Positions 55,176 through 62,933 of a stretch of 64,000 bases of DNA are shown in pieces. This DNA is from Flavobacteriales bacterium. Lineage in GTDB: Bacteria; Bacteroidota; Bacteroidia; Flavobacteriales_F; PHOS-HE28. The notes under the pieces were generated by a model. The model was not told the DNA's origin. It saw nothing but the letters and a program-made list of their open reading frames with translations, and made no database searches. The stretch's first letter is position 1. The number at the start of each line of letters is the position of its first letter. The DNA lies in contig JBKDXR010000024.1 in NCBI GenBank assembly GCA_046306055.1, forward strand, positions 7,073 to 71,072, given 5' to 3'. Both the position numbers and the translations under genes were made by a program.

Positions 55176-55502
55176 CTACTGCGGACGGAGGCTGCGCACA
55201 TGGGCCACTACGGCCTCGATCTCGGCAGTGGTCAGTACGTTCTTGTAGGCCATCATGGCCCCCTTGCCGTGGGTCACCTGCGCGATCATTTGCTCTTTGC
55301 TCAATGCCGAGGTCGTCAGGTCCTTGGCCCCGTTCAGGCCCAGTTTGCCGTCCTTGCCATGGCACAGGGTGCAGTGCATGTTGAACAGCTGTTCGCCGCG
55401 CCCCTTGCCTTTGCGTTGTTCGGCCGTATCAGCTGCTTCGCCGTTCCCGCAGGCGAGCAGTAGCAACAGGGGGAGAAGAATGATCAGGGTGATGCGCGTC
55501 AT
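55176..55502 (-). CDS. class I c-type cytochrome lipoprotein
   Basis: Internal ATG 55502 of ORF 55176..55781. Lipobox LLLLAC, heme motif CTLCHG and a distal MMAY methionine. Confidence 0.8.
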   Translation of the reverse strand: MTRITLIILLPLLLLLACGNGEAADTAEQRKGKGRGEQLFNMHCTLCHGKDGKLGLNGAKDLTTSALSKEQMIAQVTHGKGAMMAYKNVLTTAEIEAVVAHVRSLRPQ

Positions 55503-55939
55503 AGCCAGCCTCGTCCATGTCCGATCTCGCGGAAGGGCCACGGTGTTGCCCACAACATCAATGCCAACCCGATCAAGTAGAACACGGCCACGCGTAATTG
55601 CTTCGCCCGCTCCTCCTTGGCCCTTTTCGCGAGTGATCGTCCCAAGGTCACCAGGATGATCGCGATGAGCATGGTGCCGATATGCTCGAACTTCCAAAAG
55701 GTGTAGGAGGGGTAGTTGGGCGTGTAGCTCTTCACGCGCATCAGGTAGAGGACCAGGCCCACCACGAGCTGCACATGGCAAAGGACCATGGCAATGATGG
55801 CGATCATGCGTTCGCCCACCAGGATGGGCCGTTGCATCAAGTAGCCACGCAGCGCCAACAGGCCCGCCACCAGCACGCTGATAAGCACGCCATAGCGCAA
55901 CAGACTGTGCAGAAAGAGAAAGAAGTAGTCACTGTTCAT
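55499..55939 (-). CDS. hypothetical 4-TM membrane protein (cytochrome-b-like family common in Bacteroidota)
   Basis: 146-aa hydrophobic ORF. Its stop overlaps the downstream cytochrome c start. Confidence 0.6.
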   Translation of the reverse strand: MNSDYFFLFLHSLLRYGVLISVLVAGLLALRGYLMQRPILVGERMIAIIAMVLCHVQLVVGLVLYLMRVKSYTPNYPSYTFWKFEHIGTMLIAIILVTLGRSLAKRAKEERAKQLRVAVFYLIGLALMLWATPWPFREIGHGRGWL

Positions 55940-56032
55940 GGAACGGTCGATATGGTTTACCGGAGCGGGGCGAAGTTAGCGGTCCGCAGGGGTGGGGGAG
56001 ACGTTCCTGGGCAGCACAGGCGCTGTGATCGT

Positions 56033-56040
56033 TACTTTCG
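56033..56040 (+). promoter_or_regulatory. putative -7 promoter box (TACTTTCG) for the amidohydrolase pair
   Basis: gttactttcgtgcggtcc-ATG, 8 nt upstream of ATG 56049. Confidence 0.35.
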
Positions 56041-56048
56041 TGCGGTCC

Positions 56049-59000
56049 ATGGTCCGATACTTCCTTCTTCTGCTCCTGTGCGTGCTGTCCGCCGCACCGG
56101 TCGCTGCCCAAAGCATACCGCCGAAAGGCCACATCAGCGATGCGGCCCCCGTGCTCGTGGCCTTTACCAATGCCACGGTGCATGTGGATGCGCGTACCGT
56201 ACTGTTGCAGGCCACGCTGCTCGTTCGCAATGGCGAGGTGGTGGCCGTGGGCCCCAAGGTGAAGGTGCCCGAAGGGGCCCAGGTGCGCGACCTGAAAGGG
56301 TTGCATGTGTGGCCTGCCCTCATTGAACCGTACAGCGATCTCGGGCTGCCTGCCGATAAGCAGGAACAACGGAAAGCGGAAGTGAAAGGTGCCCGTCATT
56401 GGAACGGCGCCTTGCGGGCCGATGCGCATGCGCACACCCTGCTGCAACCCGATGCCAAACAAAGCGCTGAGCTGCGTGCACAAGGCTTTGCCCTGGTGCT
56501 CACGCACCGCATGGACGGCGTGGCCCGCGGCACCTCGGCGGCGGTGCTGTTGAACGACGCGCCTGCGGCCCAGGCGGTCGTGCGCCCGGACGTGGCAGCC
56601 CATTTCAGCTTCCGCAAAGGCAGCTCGCCCGACGACTATCCCAGCTCGCAGATGGGGGCCATCGCCCTGTGGCGGCAGGCGGTGCTCGATGCCCGTTGGT
56701 ATGCCGCACAACCCCAGCCCCCCGAGACAGATGCCGTGCTTGCCGCATTGGCCGAGCAGTTGCAGGGCCGCATCGTGGTTGAGGCCGGTGATCGCAATGA
56801 GGTGCTGCGTTGGGTACGTCTCTTGGATGACTTCAAGCTGCCCGGTATCGTGAAGGGTGCGGGCGATGAATATGCTCGGCTGGAGAGCATTCGTTCGGCG
56901 GGTCTGCCCATGCTCCTGCCCATCTCGTTCCCCGAGGCCTACGACGTGGAGGATCCCTATGACGCCCAGGAGGTCAGTTTCGCCCGGTTGAAGCATTGGG
57001 AGATGGCGCCACGGAACGCGCATGTGCTGGATACGGCCCGGGTTGTTTTCGCCTTCACCGCGCATGGCCGCAAGGACCTCAAGGACCTATGGAAGGACAT
57101 GCGCCGTATGGTGGCCCTTGGGTTGGACAGCGCCCGCGCCATCGAGGCCTTCACTACCGACCCCGCCCGCCTTTTCGGCCTGGATGATCGGTATGGTGCC
57201 CTGCGTGAAGGAATGGCCGCCAACTTCCTCATCACATCGGGACATTTGTTGGCAGAGCGCAACATCATCCACGAGACCTGGGTGGATGGCAAGCGCTTCG
57301 TGCTTGATGATCCGGAGCGCATCGACATCAAAGGTTCCTATGAGCTCAACCTGGCTGCCTCCATCTGGAACCTGGAGGTGACCGGTGAAGGCGGCAAGCT
57401 GGAGGCGAGCGTGCGCCGGTCCAGCGACCCGGACAGCCTGAAGGTGAAGGCGCACATCGAGCGCCAGGGAAGCATCGTGAGCCTTTCGTTCGCCCTGAAG
57501 GACGACCCCAAGGCCATCACGCGCCTCAGTGGCACCATCCATGCGGGTGGTGGTCTTTGGGATGGGCAGGGCCAGCGACCGGGCGGTGAGTGGTTCACAT
57601 GGTCGGCGTTGCGACGCGCGGGTAAGAACGGTACGCGCAAGGCCACGGCGGACAGCACACGTGCCGGTACGTCGGAAGTGGGCGCAGTGCCACACCCCAT
57701 GGTGGGCTTTGGGTGGACGGAAGCTCCCAAGCAGGGTACGGTGATCTTCCGTTATGCCACGGTCTGGACGAACACCGGACAAGGCATCCTGCGCAACACG
57801 GATGTGTGCATACACGAGGGCCGCATCAAGGCCGTGGGGCAGGGACTCGATGTGCACGCGCTGTTCCCCGGAAAGAAGAAGCCGGAAGTGACCGAGGTGA
57901 ACGCCACCGGCATGCACCTCACCTGCGGCATCATCGACGAGCATTCACACATCGCCATTTCACGCGGGGTCAACGAGGGCGGCATGGCCGTTTCGTCGCA
58001 AGTGAGGATCGGTGATGTGGTGAACCCGGACGACATCAACATTTACCGCGACCTGGCGGGCGGGGTCACCACCGTGCAGCTGTTGCACGGCAGTGCCAAT
58101 CCCATCGGGGGGCAGAGCGCATTGATCAAGCTGCGCTGGGGTCAGACCGCGGACAGCATGCTCATCGGCAGGGCCCCGGGTCATATCAAGTTCGCGTTGG
58201 GCGAGAACGTGAAGCAGAGCAATTGGGGGCCGGGTTCGCGATTCCCGCGCTCACGCATGGGCGTTGAACAGCAGTTCTACGAGGCCTTCATCAGGGCGCG
58301 CGAATATGATGCGGCCAAACGTCATTGGAGCGAACTGCGTCCACGTGATCGAGCGGGCCGCTTACCGCCCCGCGTCGACCTGCAACTGGAGGCCCTTGCG
58401 GAGATCCTTCGTGGCGAGCGGCACATCAGCTGCCATAGCTATGTGCAGAGCGAGATCGACATGCTCATGCATGTGGCCGACAGCATGGGCTTCAAGGTGA
58501 ACACGTTCACGCACATCCTTGAGGGCTACAAGATGGCGCGCAAGATGCAGCAACATGGCGCCAATGCCAGCACCTTCAGCGATTGGTGGGCCTATAAGTT
58601 CGAGGTGTACGATGCCATTCCGTACAACGCCGCCCTGATGCACCTGCAAGGGGTGAACACGGGCATCAACAGCGACGATGCGGAAATGAGCCGGCGCTTG
58701 AACCAGGAGGCCGCCAAGGCTGTGAAGTATGGAGGAGTTCCCCCCGAAGAGGCCTGGAAGATGGTGACGCTGAACCCGGCCCGCATGTTGAAGCTCGATG
58801 ACCGCTTGGGCACGATCGAACCGGGCAAGGATGCCGACCTGGTGCTGTGGAGCGCCGATCCGTTGAGCATCGCCGCCCGTGTGGAGCGCACCTATGTGGA
58901 TGGCGTCTGCTATTTCGACCGGGCTGCCGACGCGGCGCGGAGGGCCTGGGTCGCCACCGAACGTGATCGGATCGTGCGGGCCATGATGGCCGCAAAGGCC

Positions 59001-59105
59001 GAAGGCGCGCCCACACGCAGACCACGCAGCGAACGCCAGCATCTGTGGCATTGCGAGGACATTGGTGAGGAGAGTGAACAACACGAGGAACACGATGCAC
59101 ACTGA
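56049..59105 (+). CDS. large secreted amidohydrolase-family protein
   Basis: Signal peptide from ATG 56049. Metal-dependent hydrolase motifs (GIIDEHSHIA, HGSANPIGG, DADLVLW). Confidence 0.8.
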   Translation: MVRYFLLLLLCVLSAAPVAAQSIPPKGHISDAAPVLVAFTNATVHVDARTVLLQATLLVRNGEVVAVGPKVKVPEGAQVRDLKGLHVWPALIEPYSDLGLPADKQEQRKAEVKGARHWNGALRADAHAHTLLQPDAKQSAELRAQGFALVLTHRMDGVARGTSAAVLLNDAPAAQAVVRPDVAAHFSFRKGSSPDDYPSSQMGAIALWRQAVLDARWYAAQPQPPETDAVLAALAEQLQGRIVVEAGDRNEVLRWVRLLDDFKLPGIVKGAGDEYARLESIRSAGLPMLLPISFPEAYDVEDPYDAQEVSFARLKHWEMAPRNAHVLDTARVVFAFTAHGRKDLKDLWKDMRRMVALGLDSARAIEAFTTDPARLFGLDDRYGALREGMAANFLITSGHLLAERNIIHETWVDGKRFVLDDPERIDIKGSYELNLAASIWNLEVTGEGGKLEASVRRSSDPDSLKVKAHIERQGSIVSLSFALKDDPKAITRLSGTIHAGGGLWDGQGQRPGGEWFTWSALRRAGKNGTRKATADSTRAGTSEVGAVPHPMVGFGWTEAPKQGTVIFRYATVWTNTGQGILRNTDVCIHEGRIKAVGQGLDVHALFPGKKKPEVTEVNATGMHLTCGIIDEHSHIAISRGVNEGGMAVSSQVRIGDVVNPDDINIYRDLAGGVTTVQLLHGSANPIGGQSALIKLRWGQTADSMLIGRAPGHIKFALGENVKQSNWGPGSRFPRSRMGVEQQFYEAFIRAREYDAAKRHWSELRPRDRAGRLPPRVDLQLEALAEILRGERHISCHSYVQSEIDMLMHVADSMGFKVNTFTHILEGYKMARKMQQHGANASTFSDWWAYKFEVYDAIPYNAALMHLQGVNTGINSDDAEMSRRLNQEAAKAVKYGGVPPEEAWKMVTLNPARMLKLDDRLGTIEPGKDADLVLWSADPLSIAARVERTYVDGVCYFDRAADAARRAWVATERDRIVRAMMAAKAEGAPTRRPRSERQHLWHCEDIGEESEQHEEHDAH

Positions 59106-60456
59106 GCGGACCGACTTCCAACTTGGGCAGGCCCATGGCGTGGCGCGCTTTGTCCGTGCCCTCATCGTTGTGTCGTTTGCGGTGCTTGTGTTACCGATGT
59201 ACGCGCAGCAGCCAGTGCCTGCTCCTGTCCAGCAGAAGAGCGTGCTGATCACCGGCGGTACCGTGCATGTGGGCGATGGTCGTGTGATCGATGAAGGGGC
59301 CGTGGGCTTTCGTGATGGTCGGATCGATTACGTAGGCTATGCCTATGGCGTGAAGGCAGCGTATGATACCATCATTCAGGTCGTTGGACAGCATGTCTAT
59401 CCAGGCATCATTGCCGCCGATGCGACCATCGGTCTTCAAGAGATCGAGGCTGTGCGTGCGAGTGTGGACGTGGAGGACATCGGGCGTTTCGAGCCCGAGC
59501 TGCGTACGTTGATCGCTTACAAGGCCGATTCGCGCGTAGTGCCCACGGTGCGGTCCAATGGCGTGCTGCTGGCCCAGATCGTACCGCGCGGTCTGGTCAT
59601 CAGCGGTACGAGCTCCATTGTGCAGCTCGATGCCTGGGATTGGGAGCATGCCACCGTGCGTGCCGACGATGCCGTTCACCTGAACTGGCCGGCCGCCTAC
59701 CAACGCAGCGGCTGGTGGGCCGAACCCGGCGAAACGGACAGCGAGAAGAAGGATGAACGCGCCAACAAACTGGAGGACCTGCGGACCTTCTTCCGGAAGG
59801 CGAAGGCCTACGCAAAAGAGAATGCCCCCGGGAATGTGGACCTGCGCATGGAGGCCATGCGGGGTGTATTCACCGGGCGGAAGGCGCTCTTCGTGCACGC
59901 CAATGCGGCCAAGGAGATCACCGAGGCCGTGCAGTTCGCCAAGGCCGAAGGGGTGAAGCGCGTGGTGATCGTGGGCGGATATGATGCATGGCGCGTGGCC
60001 GATCTATTGCGCGAGAACAAAGTGGACGTGGTGCTGCGCCGTTTGCACAGCCTGCCCATGCGACCTGAGGACGATATCGATCTGCCCTACCGGCTGCCGG
60101 CCTTGCTCAAGGAGCGCGGCGTTCGGTTCTGCCTGGGCTATGCCGGCGACATGGAGGCCATGGGCCTGCGCAACCTGCCGTTCCTGGCAGGCACTGCGAC
60201 CGCTTATGGTCTTTCGGCGGAAGATGCCCTGCGCAGCATCACGCTGGACGCTGCCGCCGTGCTGGGCGTGGAGGATCGCTTAGGCAGCCTGGCGGTTGGG
60301 AAGGACGCCACGCTCATTGTGTCCGCTGGGAACGTGATGGACATGCAAGGGAACCGCATTCTTCACGGGTACATCCAAGGTCGCCGCATCGTGCTGGACG
60401 ATCATCACCAACAGATGTACCGCCTGTACCGGCAGCGGTTCGAGCAGGGTCAATAA
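59095..60456 (+). CDS. secreted amidohydrolase-family protein (short partner)
   Basis: Overlaps the upstream gene by 11 nt. C-terminal GKDATLIV motif. Start uncertain (ATG 59095 or a downstream GTG). Confidence 0.7.
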   Translation: MHTERTDFQLGQAHGVARFVRALIVVSFAVLVLPMYAQQPVPAPVQQKSVLITGGTVHVGDGRVIDEGAVGFRDGRIDYVGYAYGVKAAYDTIIQVVGQHVYPGIIAADATIGLQEIEAVRASVDVEDIGRFEPELRTLIAYKADSRVVPTVRSNGVLLAQIVPRGLVISGTSSIVQLDAWDWEHATVRADDAVHLNWPAAYQRSGWWAEPGETDSEKKDERANKLEDLRTFFRKAKAYAKENAPGNVDLRMEAMRGVFTGRKALFVHANAAKEITEAVQFAKAEGVKRVVIVGGYDAWRVADLLRENKVDVVLRRLHSLPMRPEDDIDLPYRLPALLKERGVRFCLGYAGDMEAMGLRNLPFLAGTATAYGLSAEDALRSITLDAAAVLGVEDRLGSLAVGKDATLIVSAGNVMDMQGNRILHGYIQGRRIVLDDHHQQMYRLYRQRFEQGQ

Positions 60457-61418
60457 CCCAGCCTGCCCCGCGTTCGCGACAAAACTTCGGCCGCCACCGT
60501 GCGTGCCTTTTCAGCGCCTCGCTTCAGTTCGCGCTCCAGTTCGGCGGGGTCGTTCATCAGCCGGTCAAAGGTCTCCCGTTCGGTGCGGAAGCCGTCGAGC
60601 AGCGCTTCGAGCAAGGCTTTCTTGGCGTGACCGTAACCATATCCGCCAGCGCGGAAACTGGCCGCCATATCGGCGACGGCATCGGCCGGGGCCACCAGGC
60701 GGTACAGCTTGTAAACGGTGTTGCCCTCGGGGTCCTTGGGCTCCTCCATGGGCGTGCTGTCCGTCACGATCCCCATCACCTCTTTCTTCAGTTCTTTCTC
60801 CGGGGCGAAGATCCGCAGCAGGTTGTTGCGGCTCTTGCTCATCTTCTCCCCATCGGTCCCGGGCACGATCATCACCTGCTCGTCAATGCGTGCATCGGGC
60901 ACCACGAAGGTCTCGCCCATCTGGTGGTTGAACCGCTCGGCCACATCGCGCGTGAACTCGATGTGCTGCTTCTGGTCCTTGCCCACGGGAACGATGTGCG
61001 CATCGTACAGCAGGATGTCCGCAGCCATTAGCATGGGGTAGCTGAACAATCCGGCGTTCACGTCCTCCAGCCGGTCGGCCTTGTCCTTGAAGCTGTGCGC
61101 CAGTGCCAGGCGCGAGTACGGGAAGAAGCAGGAGAGGTACCAGGACAGCTCCGTCACCTCGGGCACATCGCTCTGTCGGTAGAACACCGTGCGATCGGTG
61201 TCCAGCCCGCAGGCCAGCCAGGCCGCAGCCACGCCGCGTGTGTTGCTCCGCAGCAGCTCGGTGTCCTTGATCTGGGTGAGCGAATGCAGGTCGGCGATGA
61301 ACAGGAAGCTGTCGTTGCCCGGCTGGCGGCTGGCGTGGATGGCGGGGCGGATGGCGCCCAGCACGTTGCCAAGGTGCGGCGTGCCGGTGCTCTGGATGCC
61401 GGTGAGGATGCGGGCCAC
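60450..61418 (-). CDS. trpS: tryptophan--tRNA ligase, GTG start
   Basis: HIGH-type TGTPHLGN and KMSKS motifs. GTG at 61418 gives 322 aa starting (M)ARILTGIQSTG. The longer ORF to 61505 reads through a repeat array. Confidence 0.9.
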   Translation of the reverse strand: MARILTGIQSTGTPHLGNVLGAIRPAIHASRQPGNDSFLFIADLHSLTQIKDTELLRSNTRGVAAAWLACGLDTDRTVFYRQSDVPEVTELSWYLSCFFPYSRLALAHSFKDKADRLEDVNAGLFSYPMLMAADILLYDAHIVPVGKDQKQHIEFTRDVAERFNHQMGETFVVPDARIDEQVMIVPGTDGEKMSKSRNNLLRIFAPEKELKKEVMGIVTDSTPMEEPKDPEGNTVYKLYRLVAPADAVADMAASFRAGGYGYGHAKKALLEALLDGFRTERETFDRLMNDPAELERELKRGAEKARTVAAEVLSRTRGRLGY

Positions 61419-61428
61419 GGGAGGGACG

Positions 61429-61477
61429 GTGAGAAGTGAGCTGTGAGGGGTGAAGTGTAAAGTGTGAGGTGTGAGGT
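61429..61477. repeat. tandem degenerate heptamer array (GTGAGNN x7; CTCAC-type on the trpS strand) in the trpS 5' leader
   Basis: gtgagaa gtgagct gtgaggg gtgaagt gtaaagt gtgaggt gtgaggt. Confidence 0.75.
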
Positions 61478-61521
61478 GGCGAACGGGGCACCGCACAACA
61501 CGCACTTTCGCGGCTGCGCGC

Positions 61522-61529
61522 CGAAGATA
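61522..61529 (-). promoter_or_regulatory. putative -7 promoter box (TATCTTCG) for trpS
   Basis: The minus strand reads ggctatcttcggcgcgc, about 100 nt upstream of GTG 61418. Confidence 0.35.
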
Positions 61530-61560
61530 GCCGGGCGCTCCGCAGGCGCGGGGGCGGTTC

Positions 61561-61568
61561 TACCTTCG
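61561..61568 (+). promoter_or_regulatory. putative -7 promoter box (TACCTTCG) for plsC
   Basis: tctaccttcgccgc lies 14 nt upstream of ATG 61583. Confidence 0.4.
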
Positions 61569-61582
61569 CCGCACCACCCATC

Positions 61583-62428
61583 ATGCGCAACCAGCATCCG
61601 CACGAGCACCATGCCCAGCCGCTGGTGTGCGAGGGCGAGGCCATGCGGTCGGTCGTGCTCAAGTGGGTCCTCTTCCCGCTGCGCTTCGCATACAAGCTCT
61701 GGTTCGGGTTCATCTTCTTCGGCACGCTGCTGCTGCTGTACATCCCCTTCCGGCGTTTGCTGCGCCGGGAGCGCGACCACCCGCGGGCCTTCCGCCTGAT
61801 GAACATGTGGAACCGGGTGTTGAACCCGCTGCTGCTGGTGCCGGTGAAGCGCGTGTCCATGGCCCCGCTGCCCCGGCCGCCGTACGTGATCTGCGCGAAC
61901 CACGGCAGCTACCTGGACATCGTGCACATGTACAGCCTCGGTCTGGACTACTTCCTGTTCATGGGCAAGTACGAGCTGCTGCGCTGGCCGCTGGTGGGCA
62001 TGTTCTTCCGCCGCATGAACATCGCCGTGAACCGCGGCAACCGCACCGAGGCGGCCAAGTCCCTCATCCGTGCCGCGCGCGCCATTGACAGGGGCGTGTG
62101 CGTGGCCCTGTTCCCCGAGGGCACCATCCCGCACACCGTGCCGCGCATGAAGCACTTCAAGGACGGTGCCTTCAAGCTGGCCATCGAGAAGCAGGTGCCC
62201 ATCGTGCCCATCACCTTCCTGGACCATTGGAAGCTCTTCGGTGATCCCGCCGAGCTGCTAAGCCGTGGCCATCCCGGCCTGGCCCACGCGGTGCGGCATC
62301 CGTACATCGAGACGAAGGGCATGACCGAGGCCGATCTGGACGGGCTGCGCCGCCGTGTGTACGATGCCATCGAGGCTCCCCTGGCCGCATATGCCCCGAA
62401 GAACGGCCGCCCCCCGCTGGTCCTCTGA
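61583..62428 (+). CDS. plsC: 1-acyl-sn-glycerol-3-phosphate acyltransferase family protein
   Basis: HX4D motif (ANHGSYLD) and FPEGT motif. An alternative start is ATG 61643. Confidence 0.8.
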   Translation: MRNQHPHEHHAQPLVCEGEAMRSVVLKWVLFPLRFAYKLWFGFIFFGTLLLLYIPFRRLLRRERDHPRAFRLMNMWNRVLNPLLLVPVKRVSMAPLPRPPYVICANHGSYLDIVHMYSLGLDYFLFMGKYELLRWPLVGMFFRRMNIAVNRGNRTEAAKSLIRAARAIDRGVCVALFPEGTIPHTVPRMKHFKDGAFKLAIEKQVPIVPITFLDHWKLFGDPAELLSRGHPGLAHAVRHPYIETKGMTEADLDGLRRRVYDAIEAPLAAYAPKNGRPPLVL

Positions 62429-62454
62429 GCGCTTCTCCGTTCCTTTGCCCCACC

Positions 62455-62751
62455 ATGAAGATCGACGAGGCCGCCCTGGACCGCATCGCCGAGCTGGCGC
62501 GCCTGGATGTGAGCGACCCCGCAGTGCGTGCGCGCCTGCTGGGTGATATGCAGCGCGTGATCGACTTCGTGGAGAAGCTGAACACCATTGACACGAAGGG
62601 GGTGGAGCCCCTGATCCACCTGGGCGAGGAAGTGGACGTGCTGCGCGCGGACGTGGCCCTGCCCGGGCTCACCAAGGCGGAGGCCCTGATGAACGCGCCG
62701 GTGAAGGACAGCGACTACTTCAAGGTGCCGAAGGTGGTGGAGAAGGGCTGA
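62455..62751 (+). CDS. gatC: Asp-tRNA(Asn)/Glu-tRNA(Gln) amidotransferase subunit C
   Basis: 98 aa with IAELARLDV...FVEKL...VDT..VEPL typical of GatC. Confidence 0.9.
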   Translation: MKIDEAALDRIAELARLDVSDPAVRARLLGDMQRVIDFVEKLNTIDTKGVEPLIHLGEEVDVLRADVALPGLTKAEALMNAPVKDSDYFKVPKVVEKG

Positions 62752-62766
62752 GGGGTCCGGCAGGGT

Positions 62767-62850
62767 CAATTTGCGGTCTGCAGTTTTCAGTTGGCAGCAG
62801 ACAGCAGGCAGTTTGCGGTTTTCACTTGGCAGTTCTCCGCTGCCGGTTCC
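62767..62850 (+). repeat. tandem degenerate heptamer array (consensus CAGTTTG, about 12 units)
   Basis: caatttg cggtctg cagtttt cagttgg cagcaga cagcagg cagtttg cggtttt cacttgg cagttct ccgctgc cggttcc. Confidence 0.7.
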
Positions 62851-62933
62851 AGGTCGATGGGGATGAACCCCTTGCCTATCGGGACGCGGCGAACATGGCG
62901 ATCGTCATGTGGGGATGAGGGTCGTTCGCCATC

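Noticed and set aside
61429-62850. Short-period repeat arrays were considered as a CRISPR array or other spacer-repeat locus.
   Set aside because: The period is 7-8 nt with no unique spacers, total length is 40-84 nt, and there are no cas genes. This is incompatible with CRISPR architecture.
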